From an uncultured Nitrososphaerota archaeon (GTDB lineage Archaea > Thermoproteota > EX4484-205 > JAAOZP01): a DNA stretch of 64,000 bases. A program made the translations under genes and the position numbers. The notes below the pieces were generated by a model. The model saw nothing but the letters and a program-made list of their open reading frames with translations, ran no database searches and was not told the DNA's origin. The first letter of the stretch is position 1. Every line of letters begins with the position of its first letter. Location: contig CAYQCW010000003.1 in assembly GCA_964416155.1 (NCBI GenBank), forward strand, positions 157,219-221,218, written 5' to 3'. Positions 9,133-19,341 of this stretch are shown here, piece by piece.

Positions 9133-12087
9133 GTGGTAAAGAAACTTCCAAAAAGCTGCAGAACCATGTTAAGCATAGTTGCAGTAATGCTTGTACTAGG
9201 CTCTGAAACGCTCTTCAAAGGGTTGATTACTGTTTCCGGTTCGATAATTGTCCCGGTAAAGATTAATTTAGAAGGACGGTTTGAAGCCAGAAGTATTTTG
9301 AACAGCTCTATTCTCATAACATCAGGCACCGTGTTTCTGGGCAACGCATTGTTTCACGTTTCAGAAACTTCAGGAGGCCCCAGTAACGCTTTAAACCATG
9401 TTGCAATGAGTCAAGGGAAGCTTTACTCGGAATCCATAAGCCTCGGGGAAAACTACGTGATAAGACTGGCTGCAGTTTATACTGCTGTGGACGCTAATAC
9501 GTTTAGCGTGAGCTTTGGATATGGAGATGCTTACTCTGGTTCAACCTCCATATTAATACCACGCAGCTATGGCAGACGCAGCCTCCTCATTAACGCCACC
9601 GGTATTTTAGCATTATCCGGGGACAGTGTAACCATATTTGCCGAGGGAGAAGCACTTATACCCGAGGAGAGAGAAGACTTGCGAAAAGGTTGTCTAATAG
9701 TCATAAGAAAGGAAGCGCCGAACGTGGAAGCAGTTGGATTCGAGTTTTGGGGTATTTGGGGAATAGGGGGTTGGGAGGATGATGAAAATTACTATGTGCC
9801 AGTACCTCAAGAAGGTTCTGTGACGCTTTTTGCCTTCTTAAGCCGTGAAAGCAGGCTGGCTGGATTGCTGAGCAAGTATGGCACCATGTCCTCTTCATCG
9901 AGAGGGGTGGGGATACCTATGAACATTTCCTGCAGAACAAGCAACATCAGCATAGCACTTTTGGAAGTTGAACGTCTAAAGGAGTTTCTCGAATCCTTCG
10001 CTTCCGAGGAAAGAGTCTTCCTATCTAGAATAGGTTTCGATGCTGAAAAATATTTGAAAGAAGTCGACTACGCCATGATGCTGCTAAGGGAGAGCGAGAC
10101 CGCTTTCGCGAAAGGCGATTGGGAAACTGGCTCAGGGCTCTTCGAGAAAAGCATTATTAAGACTGAGAACGCGCTTGACGCTTTAAGCCAAGCCAAGAGC
10201 GACAGTATTTCAATGTTCCTCTTCCTAATCGCATTTACCTTCTTTGTCTCATCGATCGCAGGCGCATTGATCGAGAAAAGAAGGAGGATTGTAATTACAG
10301 GGTTATTTGCAGCACTTATTTTTATTGAAATACTGTTTATTCCACAAGCCAAGATGGCGATTGCGGTTCTTAATCCTGAAGCTATTTCTCGCCTATCGTC
10401 AGCATCAATAATCGTTTCATTGTTCACAGCCATCACAACGCTGCTGGTATTGAGCATAATGGTGCTGGAAGCCAAGGGAACGCTTCTCAGCGATCTCTTC
10501 TGGTATTCCGTCAAAAGCATGCGTAAAAGAATATTCCGGACAACTCTAACTATAGTTACTATAGCGGTTGTCTCCGCAGCCTCCAGTAGTCTCTTGGCAA
10601 TCGGCACACTGACAACAATAAGGGAGGCGGCTTACCCTTCAGAATTCCGTGGACTAAGCATCAGCGCTCACGCCACTACAGTCACTACTATTTTCAGAGG
10701 AATGGATCAGAAGAATGAGGTTTTAATCAACGAGGTTTTTCAACCAATACCGTTCTGGCAGGTGAAGTGGCTCTCCAGCATGAAAGGCGTTGAGAAAAAG
10801 TATATTGTTGCAGTCTCTCAAGCCCTCGTTTCTAAGGATGGGAGGAGAACCAGGGCCTTCTTAGTGGCCACCAACGCCTCGACACTAGAAGGGACGGCTG
10901 TTTCAGCTGATTTGGCGGAGACGCTGAATATTGCAGAAGGCGACTCCATAGTCATCATGGGAAGGAACGTTGAAGAAATCAGGGTAAGCACGGTGCTGGA
11001 AGAGCCTTTAAAGCTGAAGGATGGGGTTCCGCTAGACGAGGTTGAAGGACCCTTAGTAGTGACCAGTCTAGAGCTTTCCCCGGAGACCTTAACAGTCTAC
11101 AGACTTCTGCTCGAAGGCGATTTCTCAGGCGATGTTTCTAAGAGGCTTCTAGAAACCAGTTACGAGAGAGACTCGAATTTCACAGTAGTGATGGGTGCGC
11201 AGATAACAACGCAAACCTTCAGGTCTTTCAGAATAGGTTTAGGCTCAGGAGGAGAGACTGCTTGCCTACTTATAGTGGGTGAGCTCCAGCAGTTCGCCAG
11301 CGCTCCAGAGCTACTTATTCTAATGGGGCTCGCTTCCTTAATGATCGTAACAACGCTACTGGGCTCACTTTACGAGCGTCATGGAGAATACTCGACCCTG
11401 AGTGCACTCGGCGCCAGCCCTGGCCACGTTTCCCTCCTGCTACTCGTCGAAGGCTTAAGCTACGGTCTTTTAGGAGGAGCCCTAGGATATGTTTTAAGCC
11501 AGTTTCTTCAAACATACATCTTAACTCCCGTAACCCTTGTGAAGCCATATGTGTTCAGCTCAATGCTGGCCAGCTTCCTTGTAGCAACATTATCCTCCTT
11601 GGCGGGGGGCCTTATACCGGCTAGGAAAGTCATTCTGAAAGTTGTGCCCAGCCGGTTCATGTTCAAGAAGATTGAAGAGGCTAAGCTGTTAAAGGATCAT
11701 GCTGAATCAGTAATACCTTTGAGAATAGTTGATGATGTGAACTATTTCGTAGATTATGTTTCCTCGCTAACCAGGAGGCCGCCGCCAATGCTTTTGGGAC
11801 CAATATATACAGAGGCAATACCGTTAAGGGAGAAGGGCAGGATCAATGCTGTTGAACTTCTTTTAAACTACAGGGGGCAGAGGGTGGCAGCTTATAGAGT
11901 CCGCCTAGTCATACCTGAGAACCCTGGAAAAACAGTGAGAGCGCTGGCTTATTCTGCAACAGGCCAGTGGGGAATCGACCACAAGTTCTGCGCCAGAGAA
12001 ATGCTGACGACGCTTAGAGAAGACCTGTTGCAATACGTAGACTGGAAGAAGCAGGTTGAAAAAGAAAGGGGGGAGGCAGCCGCTTAA
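9133..12087 (+). CDS. Large FtsX/MacB-like ABC permease-domain membrane protein (start may be 9166)
   Basis: SMRKRIFRTTLT, SLYERHGEYSTLSALGASP FtsX-type motif, many TM segments. Confidence 0.7.
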   Translation: MVKKLPKSCRTMLSIVAVMLVLGSETLFKGLITVSGSIIVPVKINLEGRFEARSILNSSILITSGTVFLGNALFHVSETSGGPSNALNHVAMSQGKLYSESISLGENYVIRLAAVYTAVDANTFSVSFGYGDAYSGSTSILIPRSYGRRSLLINATGILALSGDSVTIFAEGEALIPEEREDLRKGCLIVIRKEAPNVEAVGFEFWGIWGIGGWEDDENYYVPVPQEGSVTLFAFLSRESRLAGLLSKYGTMSSSSRGVGIPMNISCRTSNISIALLEVERLKEFLESFASEERVFLSRIGFDAEKYLKEVDYAMMLLRESETAFAKGDWETGSGLFEKSIIKTENALDALSQAKSDSISMFLFLIAFTFFVSSIAGALIEKRRRIVITGLFAALIFIEILFIPQAKMAIAVLNPEAISRLSSASIIVSLFTAITTLLVLSIMVLEAKGTLLSDLFWYSVKSMRKRIFRTTLTIVTIAVVSAASSSLLAIGTLTTIREAAYPSEFRGLSISAHATTVTTIFRGMDQKNEVLINEVFQPIPFWQVKWLSSMKGVEKKYIVAVSQALVSKDGRRTRAFLVATNASTLEGTAVSADLAETLNIAEGDSIVIMGRNVEEIRVSTVLEEPLKLKDGVPLDEVEGPLVVTSLELSPETLTVYRLLLEGDFSGDVSKRLLETSYERDSNFTVVMGAQITTQTFRSFRIGLGSGGETACLLIVGELQQFASAPELLILMGLASLMIVTTLLGSLYERHGEYSTLSALGASPGHVSLLLLVEGLSYGLLGGALGYVLSQFLQTYILTPVTLVKPYVFSSMLASFLVATLSSLAGGLIPARKVILKVVPSRFMFKKIEEAKLLKDHAESVIPLRIVDDVNYFVDYVSSLTRRPPPMLLGPIYTEAIPLREKGRINAVELLLNYRGQRVAAYRVRLVIPENPGKTVRALAYSATGQWGIDHKFCAREMLTTLREDLLQYVDWKKQVEKERGEAAA

Positions 12088-12114
12088 ACCCTTTACCTGC
12101 GGTGGCCAGTTAAA

Positions 12115-12223
12115 TTCTAGGCTACGACTTCCAAATCCTATCAGCTAATTCAGATATAAGCTCTTTTAGACCTGATAATGCTGTTTCCAAAGTATTGTTC
12201 AACGAAGTGCCATTTCTCAGGTA
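12115..12223 (-). repeat. Degenerate copy of the 3' end of the ADP-ribosylglycohydrolase gene (direct repeat of 13881..13995)
   Basis: Shared runs ATCCTATCAGCTAATTCAGATAT, TGATAATGCTGTTTCCAAAGTATTGTTCAA and CCATTTCTCAGGTA. Confidence 0.9.
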
Positions 12224-12559
12224 GCGCGCACTATGAGCTGTTTAAGTAATTTTCATTAAAATAATTAGTCTTTAAATCCTCTATTATCTCGATGTTTTCT
12301 AATAATATATAGGATAATAGTCCGAATTACTGATAGTGCTTATTTGTATTTGAGTAGACTTTCAGGAACAGAGAAGGGGGCAAACTGGTACAGGAAGAAA
12401 TATGGTGTTTACGCAATACCAAGCACGAGAGAAAAACATGTTGAGGTGAAGCCAGCTGTTCCATGTGGATGAACATCCGGAGAAGGATTAGAACGTGCGC
12501 TGGTAGGAGATATCATCTCTGCAGCATAAGCCTTAAACACGCTCCATGGAGTATTAACG

Positions 12560-12784
12560 GTGGGGTATTATGGTGAAAAAGCTTGGAACCCCCTCGTGAA
12601 AAGTTCAGGACGAAAGTTATTAATTCTCATTCTGGTAGTTCTCTCCGTGGGTTTAATACTGCACCAGTACCTCGCCTATGGTAAGATCTTCTGGGAGGAA
12701 GATATACATCATGAAACATTCATCGTCGCTTTCCTATTCTGCGCCATAGTATTCTTCCTTCTGCCCCCTAGATTTGAAACTTAA
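12560..12784 (+). CDS. Small 2-TM hypothetical membrane protein
   Basis: Two hydrophobic stretches flanking EDIHHET; true start probably downstream of 12560. Confidence 0.55.
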   Translation: MGYYGEKAWNPLVKSSGRKLLILILVVLSVGLILHQYLAYGKIFWEEDIHHETFIVAFLFCAIVFFLLPPRFET

Positions 12785-12908
12785 AAGCCAACCTTTTTAC
12801 AACTACAGGGAATGGGAAAATCCTGTAGCAAGTTAGATTAAATCACTTTATTAACCACATATCTTGAAGAAAGGCATAAATGTTAACGAGCTACGTGTTT
12901 GCAAAGAA

Positions 12909-13841
12909 ATGGTTTATGAGGTCGCTTTGAGAACGACTGTTCCAATACTTTTGTTAATAGGTCTGGGCTACTTATCCCGGAAAACCGGCCTTTTAAAGGC
13001 AGGAGATGAACGGGTTTTAAACGCGTATATTTACTATTTTGCACTTCCATCGCTATTCATAGTAGATTTAGCTGAAACTACATTTACTTGGGAGCACGTT
13101 GAATTCATGCTAGCAGGAGTAATACCGATATTTATAGTCATGACAGCATATACTTTGCTCTACCTTGTGTTAAGATTCTCAAGAAAAACTTTCTACCTAC
13201 TGGTGCTAACAACGGTTTTCGGAAGCACCGCGTTCTATGGCATCCCATTCCTCATGTTTGCTTTTCCCAGTTTTGCTGAGAACTTGGCTACGCTTGCTGC
13301 AGCGTCAATATCCATTATAAGTGTTTCAATCTCAATAGGGCTCCTAGAGTTCTATCGGCTTGAAGATCCTAGTTTGAGAAAAAGCCTGAGAATCGTTGGA
13401 AAGAGGCTTTCTAAAAACCCTCTGATCCTCTCCATATTAATAGGTCTCTTAATATCCCTTATGAACATAGATATCCCATACCCCTTGTCAACTATGCTTC
13501 ACATGCTGGGAAACACAACCGCAACGGTAGCGATCTTCCTGCTGGGCGTCCTATTCTACGGCAGGAGTTACAGGGGGCTAGTGGAATCATTTGGTTTAAG
13601 CCTTTTAAGAATGCTAGTATTGCCCACAATCAGCCTCTTCACCTCCCTGCTAATTGGCCTGCCATCTTTAGACAGGACTATTTTAATCATAATGCATTCT
13701 GTTCCATTAGCAGTCTCAATGATAACCCTCAGTGACCGCTATGATTTCTACAAGGAGACTATTTCTTCAGTTATTTTACTCTCGTCTTTAGGTGCAAGCA
13801 TCTACCTAAATATCTGGCTTCTAATATCAGTCACCCTCTAA
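12909..13841 (+). CDS. AEC (auxin efflux carrier) family transporter
   Basis: YYFALPSL, FGSTAFYGIP, KNPLI, about 10 TM; ATG at 12909 preferred. Confidence 0.85.
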   Translation: MVYEVALRTTVPILLLIGLGYLSRKTGLLKAGDERVLNAYIYYFALPSLFIVDLAETTFTWEHVEFMLAGVIPIFIVMTAYTLLYLVLRFSRKTFYLLVLTTVFGSTAFYGIPFLMFAFPSFAENLATLAAASISIISVSISIGLLEFYRLEDPSLRKSLRIVGKRLSKNPLILSILIGLLISLMNIDIPYPLSTMLHMLGNTTATVAIFLLGVLFYGRSYRGLVESFGLSLLRMLVLPTISLFTSLLIGLPSLDRTILIIMHSVPLAVSMITLSDRYDFYKETISSVILLSSLGASIYLNIWLLISVTL

Positions 13842-13870
13842 ACCTGCATAACCTTCTTCTGGATAAAGGG

Positions 13871-15196
13871 TTAAACCCAGTTCTTAGCCACGACTTCCAC
13901 CATCCTATCAGCTAATTCAGATATTTTAAGCTCTTTCAGACTTGATAATGCTGTTTCCAAAGTATTGTTCAATGGAGAATACCATTTCTCAGGTATTCCT
14001 TTAAAGCCAACCATGGCTCCAACTATGGATCCTACTGACGCACCATTGCAGTCTGTGTCGAGACCGCTAGACACGCTTAAACAGACAGATTTCCCGAAGT
14101 CTCTCTCGCCATAGAGAAGGGACAGGACAACTATAACTGAATTGTTTATCGTGTGAACTGGGTGATAATGCCCATATTTCAACATAGCCTCCTCGTAGGC
14201 TTTGTCAAAGTCTCCATGCTTCCTCCAAAGGTCGACGCAGTGTCTGACTGCCTCAGCCAACCTGCTTCCCCGAGGTATGCACGAGAGCCCCTTCTTCACG
14301 ACTTCCAGCGGGTCTGATTCGGCGAAGGCTGATGCAACCATAGCCGCCATTAGCATCTCTCCGTAGATCCCGTTCTTAACGTGAGAGAGCCTAGCATCCT
14401 TGTAAGCCATTTCCGCTGCAGACAATGGTCTTTTCGGGTTTGCATAGCCCCATGGGTCAGCTCTTATTTGAGCCCCTATCCATTCTCTGAAAGGATTCCA
14501 GAAGGTTGCTGTCTCAGGAGGCTTAAGGCCAAGAGTGAGGTTCCTGTAAGCCTCCCTCTCAGCAGTGTAGGTAAGATTAAAAGGCAATCTGTTCAACCAT
14601 TCTTCAGCAATATCTTCTGTTGTGAAGCTGAAGCCTTTCCTTTCCAGAAGGAGCAGGCCCAGAATGGTGTAGTCCAAGTCGTCGTCCCTCAGAGCCTTGC
14701 TCAAGTTGTCACGAAACACACCCACCTCGTAATATTTTTGAGGATCCCTCTCAGCACGAGGTACAAGCTCAGGGATATAGTAGTCAAGCGGATAACATCC
14801 CGCCTTCTTAAGGTACTCTTCTACCCTATTCTTAGGCCAGCCTTCCACAGGCTTTCCAAGCATGTTTCCCGCAATTCTTCCAAACCATGCTCCCCGCATC
14901 CTGTCTCGGAGCTCATGCCTACTTATCCACGCCTCCTCATCCTTAGGCGGGTTCGCACACCTCCTTATTTCCTCAAGGCAGTCTGGCTCAGCATACGGCC
15001 AACCGGCCAGAGTGGGCGAGGACAATATCTCCCCGTAAAGGTCATCCAGCTCCCTGTGACCAGCCTTCAACTCGTCGAGCAAGGCTACCTTCTCCCTGTA
15101 TTTTTCTACGTCCTTTCCTTCTTCTGCCGCCTGAATAAGCTCAAACCTCAGGAGATCTATCTTCCTGCGAACCGTTAACATGTATCGGTAATCCAA
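13871..15196 (-). CDS. ADP-ribosylglycohydrolase family protein
   Basis: LGKPVEGW, DDDLDYT, GAQIRAD, GLDTDCNG. Confidence 0.88.
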   Translation of the reverse strand: MDYRYMLTVRRKIDLLRFELIQAAEEGKDVEKYREKVALLDELKAGHRELDDLYGEILSSPTLAGWPYAEPDCLEEIRRCANPPKDEEAWISRHELRDRMRGAWFGRIAGNMLGKPVEGWPKNRVEEYLKKAGCYPLDYYIPELVPRAERDPQKYYEVGVFRDNLSKALRDDDLDYTILGLLLLERKGFSFTTEDIAEEWLNRLPFNLTYTAEREAYRNLTLGLKPPETATFWNPFREWIGAQIRADPWGYANPKRPLSAAEMAYKDARLSHVKNGIYGEMLMAAMVASAFAESDPLEVVKKGLSCIPRGSRLAEAVRHCVDLWRKHGDFDKAYEEAMLKYGHYHPVHTINNSVIVVLSLLYGERDFGKSVCLSVSSGLDTDCNGASVGSIVGAMVGFKGIPEKWYSPLNNTLETALSSLKELKISELADRMVEVVAKNWV

Positions 15197-15250
15197 GGAA
15201 AAACAGTTAAAGTTTTCGAATGTTCGGGAGCCCTTTCCTCAGAAATTTTT

Positions 15251-15502
15251 CTATGCTAACCCGTTCTTTTTAACCCGAACTCTAATCTTCCCCGGCTTAT
15301 ACTCCTTAAAGTTTAAAATCTCAATGCTCACGTCGATGAACCTCTGAAGCCCATATATGAAGTCTTCAAGATAATCGTAGACTCCACAGGTCTTGCAGAA
15401 AGTCCCTTCGAAATCGATGGTAAGCCTGGCCTTGGCCTCCGGGCTCCTATACATGTTATACTCGTCTACAGCTCTCAAAACCGCTTCCTCAAGTTTCTTC
15501 AT
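15251..15502 (-). CDS. Hypothetical protein with FCxTCG motif
   Basis: YNMYRSPEA...FEGTFCKTCGVYDY; plausible small archaeal protein. Confidence 0.55.
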   Translation of the reverse strand: MKKLEEAVLRAVDEYNMYRSPEAKARLTIDFEGTFCKTCGVYDYLEDFIYGLQRFIDVSIEILNFKEYKPGKIRVRVKKNGLA

Positions 15503-15635
15503 TCAAGCCATATGCAAACATAACAGGTTTATAAGTTTGTTCCAGTACCGAGTCGAGCACTACTGTTAAGCTTATTCCAATATTCATCTAGTGGCTTGTC
15601 TAAAGGGTTAAATTCCCGTATACCCTAACAGGCTT

Positions 15636-15974
15636 GTGAAAAGGAAGGTTGTTGACCGAGGACTTGTTTACGAGCTGCTTAAGAAGGTTCCAAAGGGGAG
15701 GGTTATCACATACGGGGCGTTGGCTAGGGCTGTTGGGCATCCTGATTCCGCAAGGGCTATTGGAGCTTTAATGAGAAGCAACCCCTATGCGCCGACTGTA
15801 CCGTGTCACAGAGTCGTGTACAGTGATGGAAGACTTGGTGGCTACGGAGGCATGAAAGGAGTAGGGAAGAAAGCCAGAATGCTGGCTAGAGAAGGGGTTA
15901 AGGTTAAGAATGGCAGGATAGTTGATTTCGAAAAACATTATTTTGAGATCAGCCCTCAAACTCTATCTCCTTAA
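15636..15974 (+). CDS. ogt: MGMT family methylated-DNA--protein-cysteine methyltransferase
   Basis: VPKGRVITYG, ARAIG, PCHRVV active-site motif. Confidence 0.9.
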   Translation: MKRKVVDRGLVYELLKKVPKGRVITYGALARAVGHPDSARAIGALMRSNPYAPTVPCHRVVYSDGRLGGYGGMKGVGKKARMLAREGVKVKNGRIVDFEKHYFEISPQTLSP

Positions 15975-16043
15975 CCCATTTGACCCATGCTTAGTCTCCT
16001 ATTCTTTTCCTTAAGGTCAGAAGCCCCGCCCTCAGGGGGGTGA

Positions 16044-16274
16044 CTATACCCTAGCCGGCTCATGCCAGTTTCTAAATCCGCTATAAGGAAATCCTCCAGT
16101 TACCGCAGTGCTCAACCCATGTTTTTCTACGCATCGCCAAACTGGGCAGACATCCAGCCTCATCCCCCTCAGGAAGAAGGGTTTCCCATTTGTCTCTACG
16201 CAGCCAACGCACTCTTTTCCACGGCTCTTACAAGCTTTGCAGTAAGCACCACACGGAGGAATGAAGTTCCCCAT
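16044..16274 (-). pseudogene. Cys-rich DUF3795-like protein, frameshifted
   Basis: PCGAYCKAC...CVGC...CPVWRC; the expected (V)EHCGN continuation lies in another frame. Confidence 0.55.
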
Positions 16275-16392
16275 TATGATTCTGGTCTCTCATCAGTATT
16301 TATTACTTTAGGCAAAGAGAGAAAGTGTACAAAACGCTTTCATAATATTACTACTCTTCTGAGCATAAAACCTTTAAACCAAATATTAGAAA

Positions 16393-16860
16393 TTGACAAA
16401 TGAGAAATACATGAAGAAGGAGGATGCTGAAGCTGCTTACGAGCAGTTAAGGCAGGAACTAGGAGATGAAAAAGCTGAAAAAGAGGTTGAGAATGCTCGC
16501 AAATATCTTGAGAAGCATGCTCGAGGCTTGGGCGTAAGCGTGTCTTGGGAGGATGCGGTTCTATACTTAATAGTGGAAAGAGCGAGGATTAAGAAGGATG
16601 CTGGGAAAACGGGTATTGATATTTTCGTTAAACATTCTGGAAAACATTGGAGGATCTACTACTATCCCATAGGATCATTTGAAGACGACTTGCCTATGTT
16701 TGGCAAATTTCTAGAGGAAGTTAGGGAGAGAGGCGAGGAGGTTTCAGCCATAATTCCGAACATGGGATCGGTCCCCACAAGCATTGTCCTAGGGACTAGT
16801 TTCCAAGGGGTTAAGGGATTTGCAGTAATAACTAGGATGACTGAAGAGGCTGAAGGATGA
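16393..16860 (+). CDS. Hypothetical protein (start may be ATG 16411)
   Basis: 155-aa ORF with protein-like composition, co-oriented with the radical SAM gene. Confidence 0.6.
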   Translation: MTNEKYMKKEDAEAAYEQLRQELGDEKAEKEVENARKYLEKHARGLGVSVSWEDAVLYLIVERARIKKDAGKTGIDIFVKHSGKHWRIYYYPIGSFEDDLPMFGKFLEEVRERGEEVSAIIPNMGSVPTSIVLGTSFQGVKGFAVITRMTEEAEG

Positions 16861-16908
16861 GTCAGCGGTTCGGGGTCCCTAAGTTTAAAATAAATACTCC
16901 TTCAGAGA

Positions 16909-18045
16909 ATGTTTAGAGGGAAGCAGTTGGGAAGGTGTTTGATTTGTGGAGACGAGTCCCCTTTAATAGCCGGCCAGCTAGGTGTTTGTCTAAAATGCAT
17001 AAGAAGAACACCGGAGGAGGCTGTCGAGATAGCTAAGCGTGTTCACAACGCTACAAGAAGGGTCTTCGGGCTTCCGCCGACCCCCCCTAAGGACCCTGAT
17101 GGTTTAGCCTGCGGCGTCTGCGCTAACGATTGCAGAATCAAGCCGGGGAAGAAAGGGTTCTGCGGGCTAGTTTTGAATTCCAACGGCCGTTTAACTAGGC
17201 TCGGCGGAACGCAGGAGAGAGGACTATTAGAATGGTATTATGATCCTCTTCCAACTAACTGTGTCGCATGGTGGTTCTGCCCAGGCTGCACAGGCGCAGG
17301 CTACCCTAAGTATGCCTACAAGCCGGGTGTCGAGGAGGGATTTTCGAATCTCGCCGTGTTCTATGGGAGCTGTAGTTTTGACTGTCTTTTCTGCCAGAAC
17401 TGGCATTTCAGGCAGATGTCTCAAAGCCTGAGGCCCCTTGTAAGCTCTGAGGAGCTCGCTTCTAAGGTTGACCGGAGTGTTTCATGCGTCTGCTTTTTTG
17501 GGGGAGACCCTTCCACGCAGATGATGCATGCCCTTGAAACCAGCCGGATTACCCTTCAAAGGTCTGAGGAAGAGAAACGTATACTTAGAATATGCTGGGA
17601 GACTAATGGAAACATGTCCAAGGCTTTCGCCTTGAAGGTGGCTGAGCTTTCTCTTAAGAGCGGCGGCGTTGTGAAGTTCGATCTTAAAGTGTGGGATGAA
17701 ACCCTTAGCAGAGTACTGTGTGGGGTTTCAAACAGGGCTGCGTTTGCTAATTTCAGGGAAATAGGTGAGAGCTTTTTCAAGCAGCGTCCTGAGGTGCCTG
17801 TTTTAACTGCCAGCACACTCCTTATTCCAGGATATGTTGACGCGGTTGAGGTTGAGGATATCGCCAGATTCATAGCGGAGGTTAACCCTAGGATACCCTA
17901 CACGCTTCTAGCTTTTTACCCTCAGTATATCATGGATGACCTTCCTACGACCAGCCGGAGGCAGGCGCGCGAATGTTACGAGGCGGCTAGAAAACATTTG
18001 GAGAAAGTTAGAATAGGAAACGTGCATCTTCTCTCCGGAGAGTGA
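16909..18045 (+). CDS. Radical SAM protein, PFL-activating-enzyme-like, with N-terminal Cys clusters
   Basis: CSFDCLFC (CxxxCxxC), FFGGDP, WETNG, RIGNVHLL. Confidence 0.88.
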   Translation: MFRGKQLGRCLICGDESPLIAGQLGVCLKCIRRTPEEAVEIAKRVHNATRRVFGLPPTPPKDPDGLACGVCANDCRIKPGKKGFCGLVLNSNGRLTRLGGTQERGLLEWYYDPLPTNCVAWWFCPGCTGAGYPKYAYKPGVEEGFSNLAVFYGSCSFDCLFCQNWHFRQMSQSLRPLVSSEELASKVDRSVSCVCFFGGDPSTQMMHALETSRITLQRSEEEKRILRICWETNGNMSKAFALKVAELSLKSGGVVKFDLKVWDETLSRVLCGVSNRAAFANFREIGESFFKQRPEVPVLTASTLLIPGYVDAVEVEDIARFIAEVNPRIPYTLLAFYPQYIMDDLPTTSRRQARECYEAARKHLEKVRIGNVHLLSGE

Positions 18046-18048
18046 TGA

Positions 18049-19341
18049 TTAAGTCCTCTGAAGACTGTAAGATGATAGTTTTTCAACAACCTGCTCGATT
18101 CCAAGATCCTCCTGGCTCCCTGTCTCCATGTTTTTCAAAGCAACAGTGTTAGTCTCAACTTCCCTGCCACCGATTAACGCAACGTATTTTACGTTTCTCT
18201 TCGAAGCATAGGAGAGAGCCTTGCCAACATCTCTTCTAGTGTAGTCAACCAGTGTGGGAACCCTCCTCATCCTCAGCGTGCCTGCAAGCTTCGCTGCAAA
18301 AATATCGCCCTCCTTAACCATGCTTACAACCATGCATACCAAGTCGTCTCGGGGAACAGTCTTATCTATTGCGAGGCTTAATCGATCTATCCCGGGTGCG
18401 CAGCCAACAGCTGGAACATCCCACCCTAAGAGTCCTGCCAGCTTATCGTATCTTCCACCGCCGTTGACAGCGATCTTAAGGTTTTTCACGTAAACCTCAA
18501 AGATCATTCCGGTGTAATAGTCGAGGCCTCTCGCGAAACCCATGTCGACAAGAAACTCGCCTACCTTGCTGGCTTTAGCAAGCTCTATTATCTCCCTCAG
18601 ATTCTCCAACTGGTCAACCGCTTCAGGAACCTCTTTCAAAACCTCGCTTGCTCTTCTAAAAGCTTCATCCGGATTCCTGCTTTTAATCTCCCAGAGACTC
18701 CTAATAATGTTGATGGCCTCCCTGCCTTTCTGGAGAGAGCCAAGTATTTCAAAGGCCTCGGTAAGCCTTTCCTTGTCTATTAAGCCTAGAACCCTGTCCT
18801 GAACGCCCTCCTCGATGCTAAAATGGGTTAATGCTGCTCTTAAAACGCCTTCATGCCCTATCTTTATGTAGTAATCCTTTATCCCGAGGCCTTCCATCAG
18901 CCTTGAAGAGATTTCAAGAATCTCTGCATCCGCCAGTGGGTTCTTAGCCCCAAATATTTCGAAACCTCCCTGCTTAAACTCCCTGTATCTACCGTATTGT
19001 GGTTCATCATATCTGAACGCGTTCAACACGTAGCCTATTTTTATCGGAAGCGGGGTGCTACGCAACTCCTGTACCACAAGCTTCACTATGGATGCTGTTG
19101 CCTCAGGCCTTAAAACGACCTCCCTGCCCCCGAGATCCGTGAACCTGTACATTCTGTGTCTAATCTCCTCTCCGGATTTCAGCTCGAAGAGCTCCAAGGG
19201 TTCTATTGTGGGTGTTTCAACCTCTTGGAACCCGTATATTTTGAAAAGCCTTCTTATCTCGCTCTCAATCTTGTTCAACTTCGCCTTTTCATCCGGCAGC
19301 AGGTTTCGCATTCCTCTAAGAGTAAGATTTTCTCCCCTCAT
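18049..19341 (-). CDS. hisS: Histidine--tRNA ligase
   Basis: RGMRNLLP, LRPEAT, FRYDEPQYGRYREF, RGLDYYTG, GGGRYD. Confidence 0.96.
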   Translation of the reverse strand: MRGENLTLRGMRNLLPDEKAKLNKIESEIRRLFKIYGFQEVETPTIEPLELFELKSGEEIRHRMYRFTDLGGREVVLRPEATASIVKLVVQELRSTPLPIKIGYVLNAFRYDEPQYGRYREFKQGGFEIFGAKNPLADAEILEISSRLMEGLGIKDYYIKIGHEGVLRAALTHFSIEEGVQDRVLGLIDKERLTEAFEILGSLQKGREAINIIRSLWEIKSRNPDEAFRRASEVLKEVPEAVDQLENLREIIELAKASKVGEFLVDMGFARGLDYYTGMIFEVYVKNLKIAVNGGGRYDKLAGLLGWDVPAVGCAPGIDRLSLAIDKTVPRDDLVCMVVSMVKEGDIFAAKLAGTLRMRRVPTLVDYTRRDVGKALSYASKRNVKYVALIGGREVETNTVALKNMETGSQEDLGIEQVVEKLSSYSLQRT

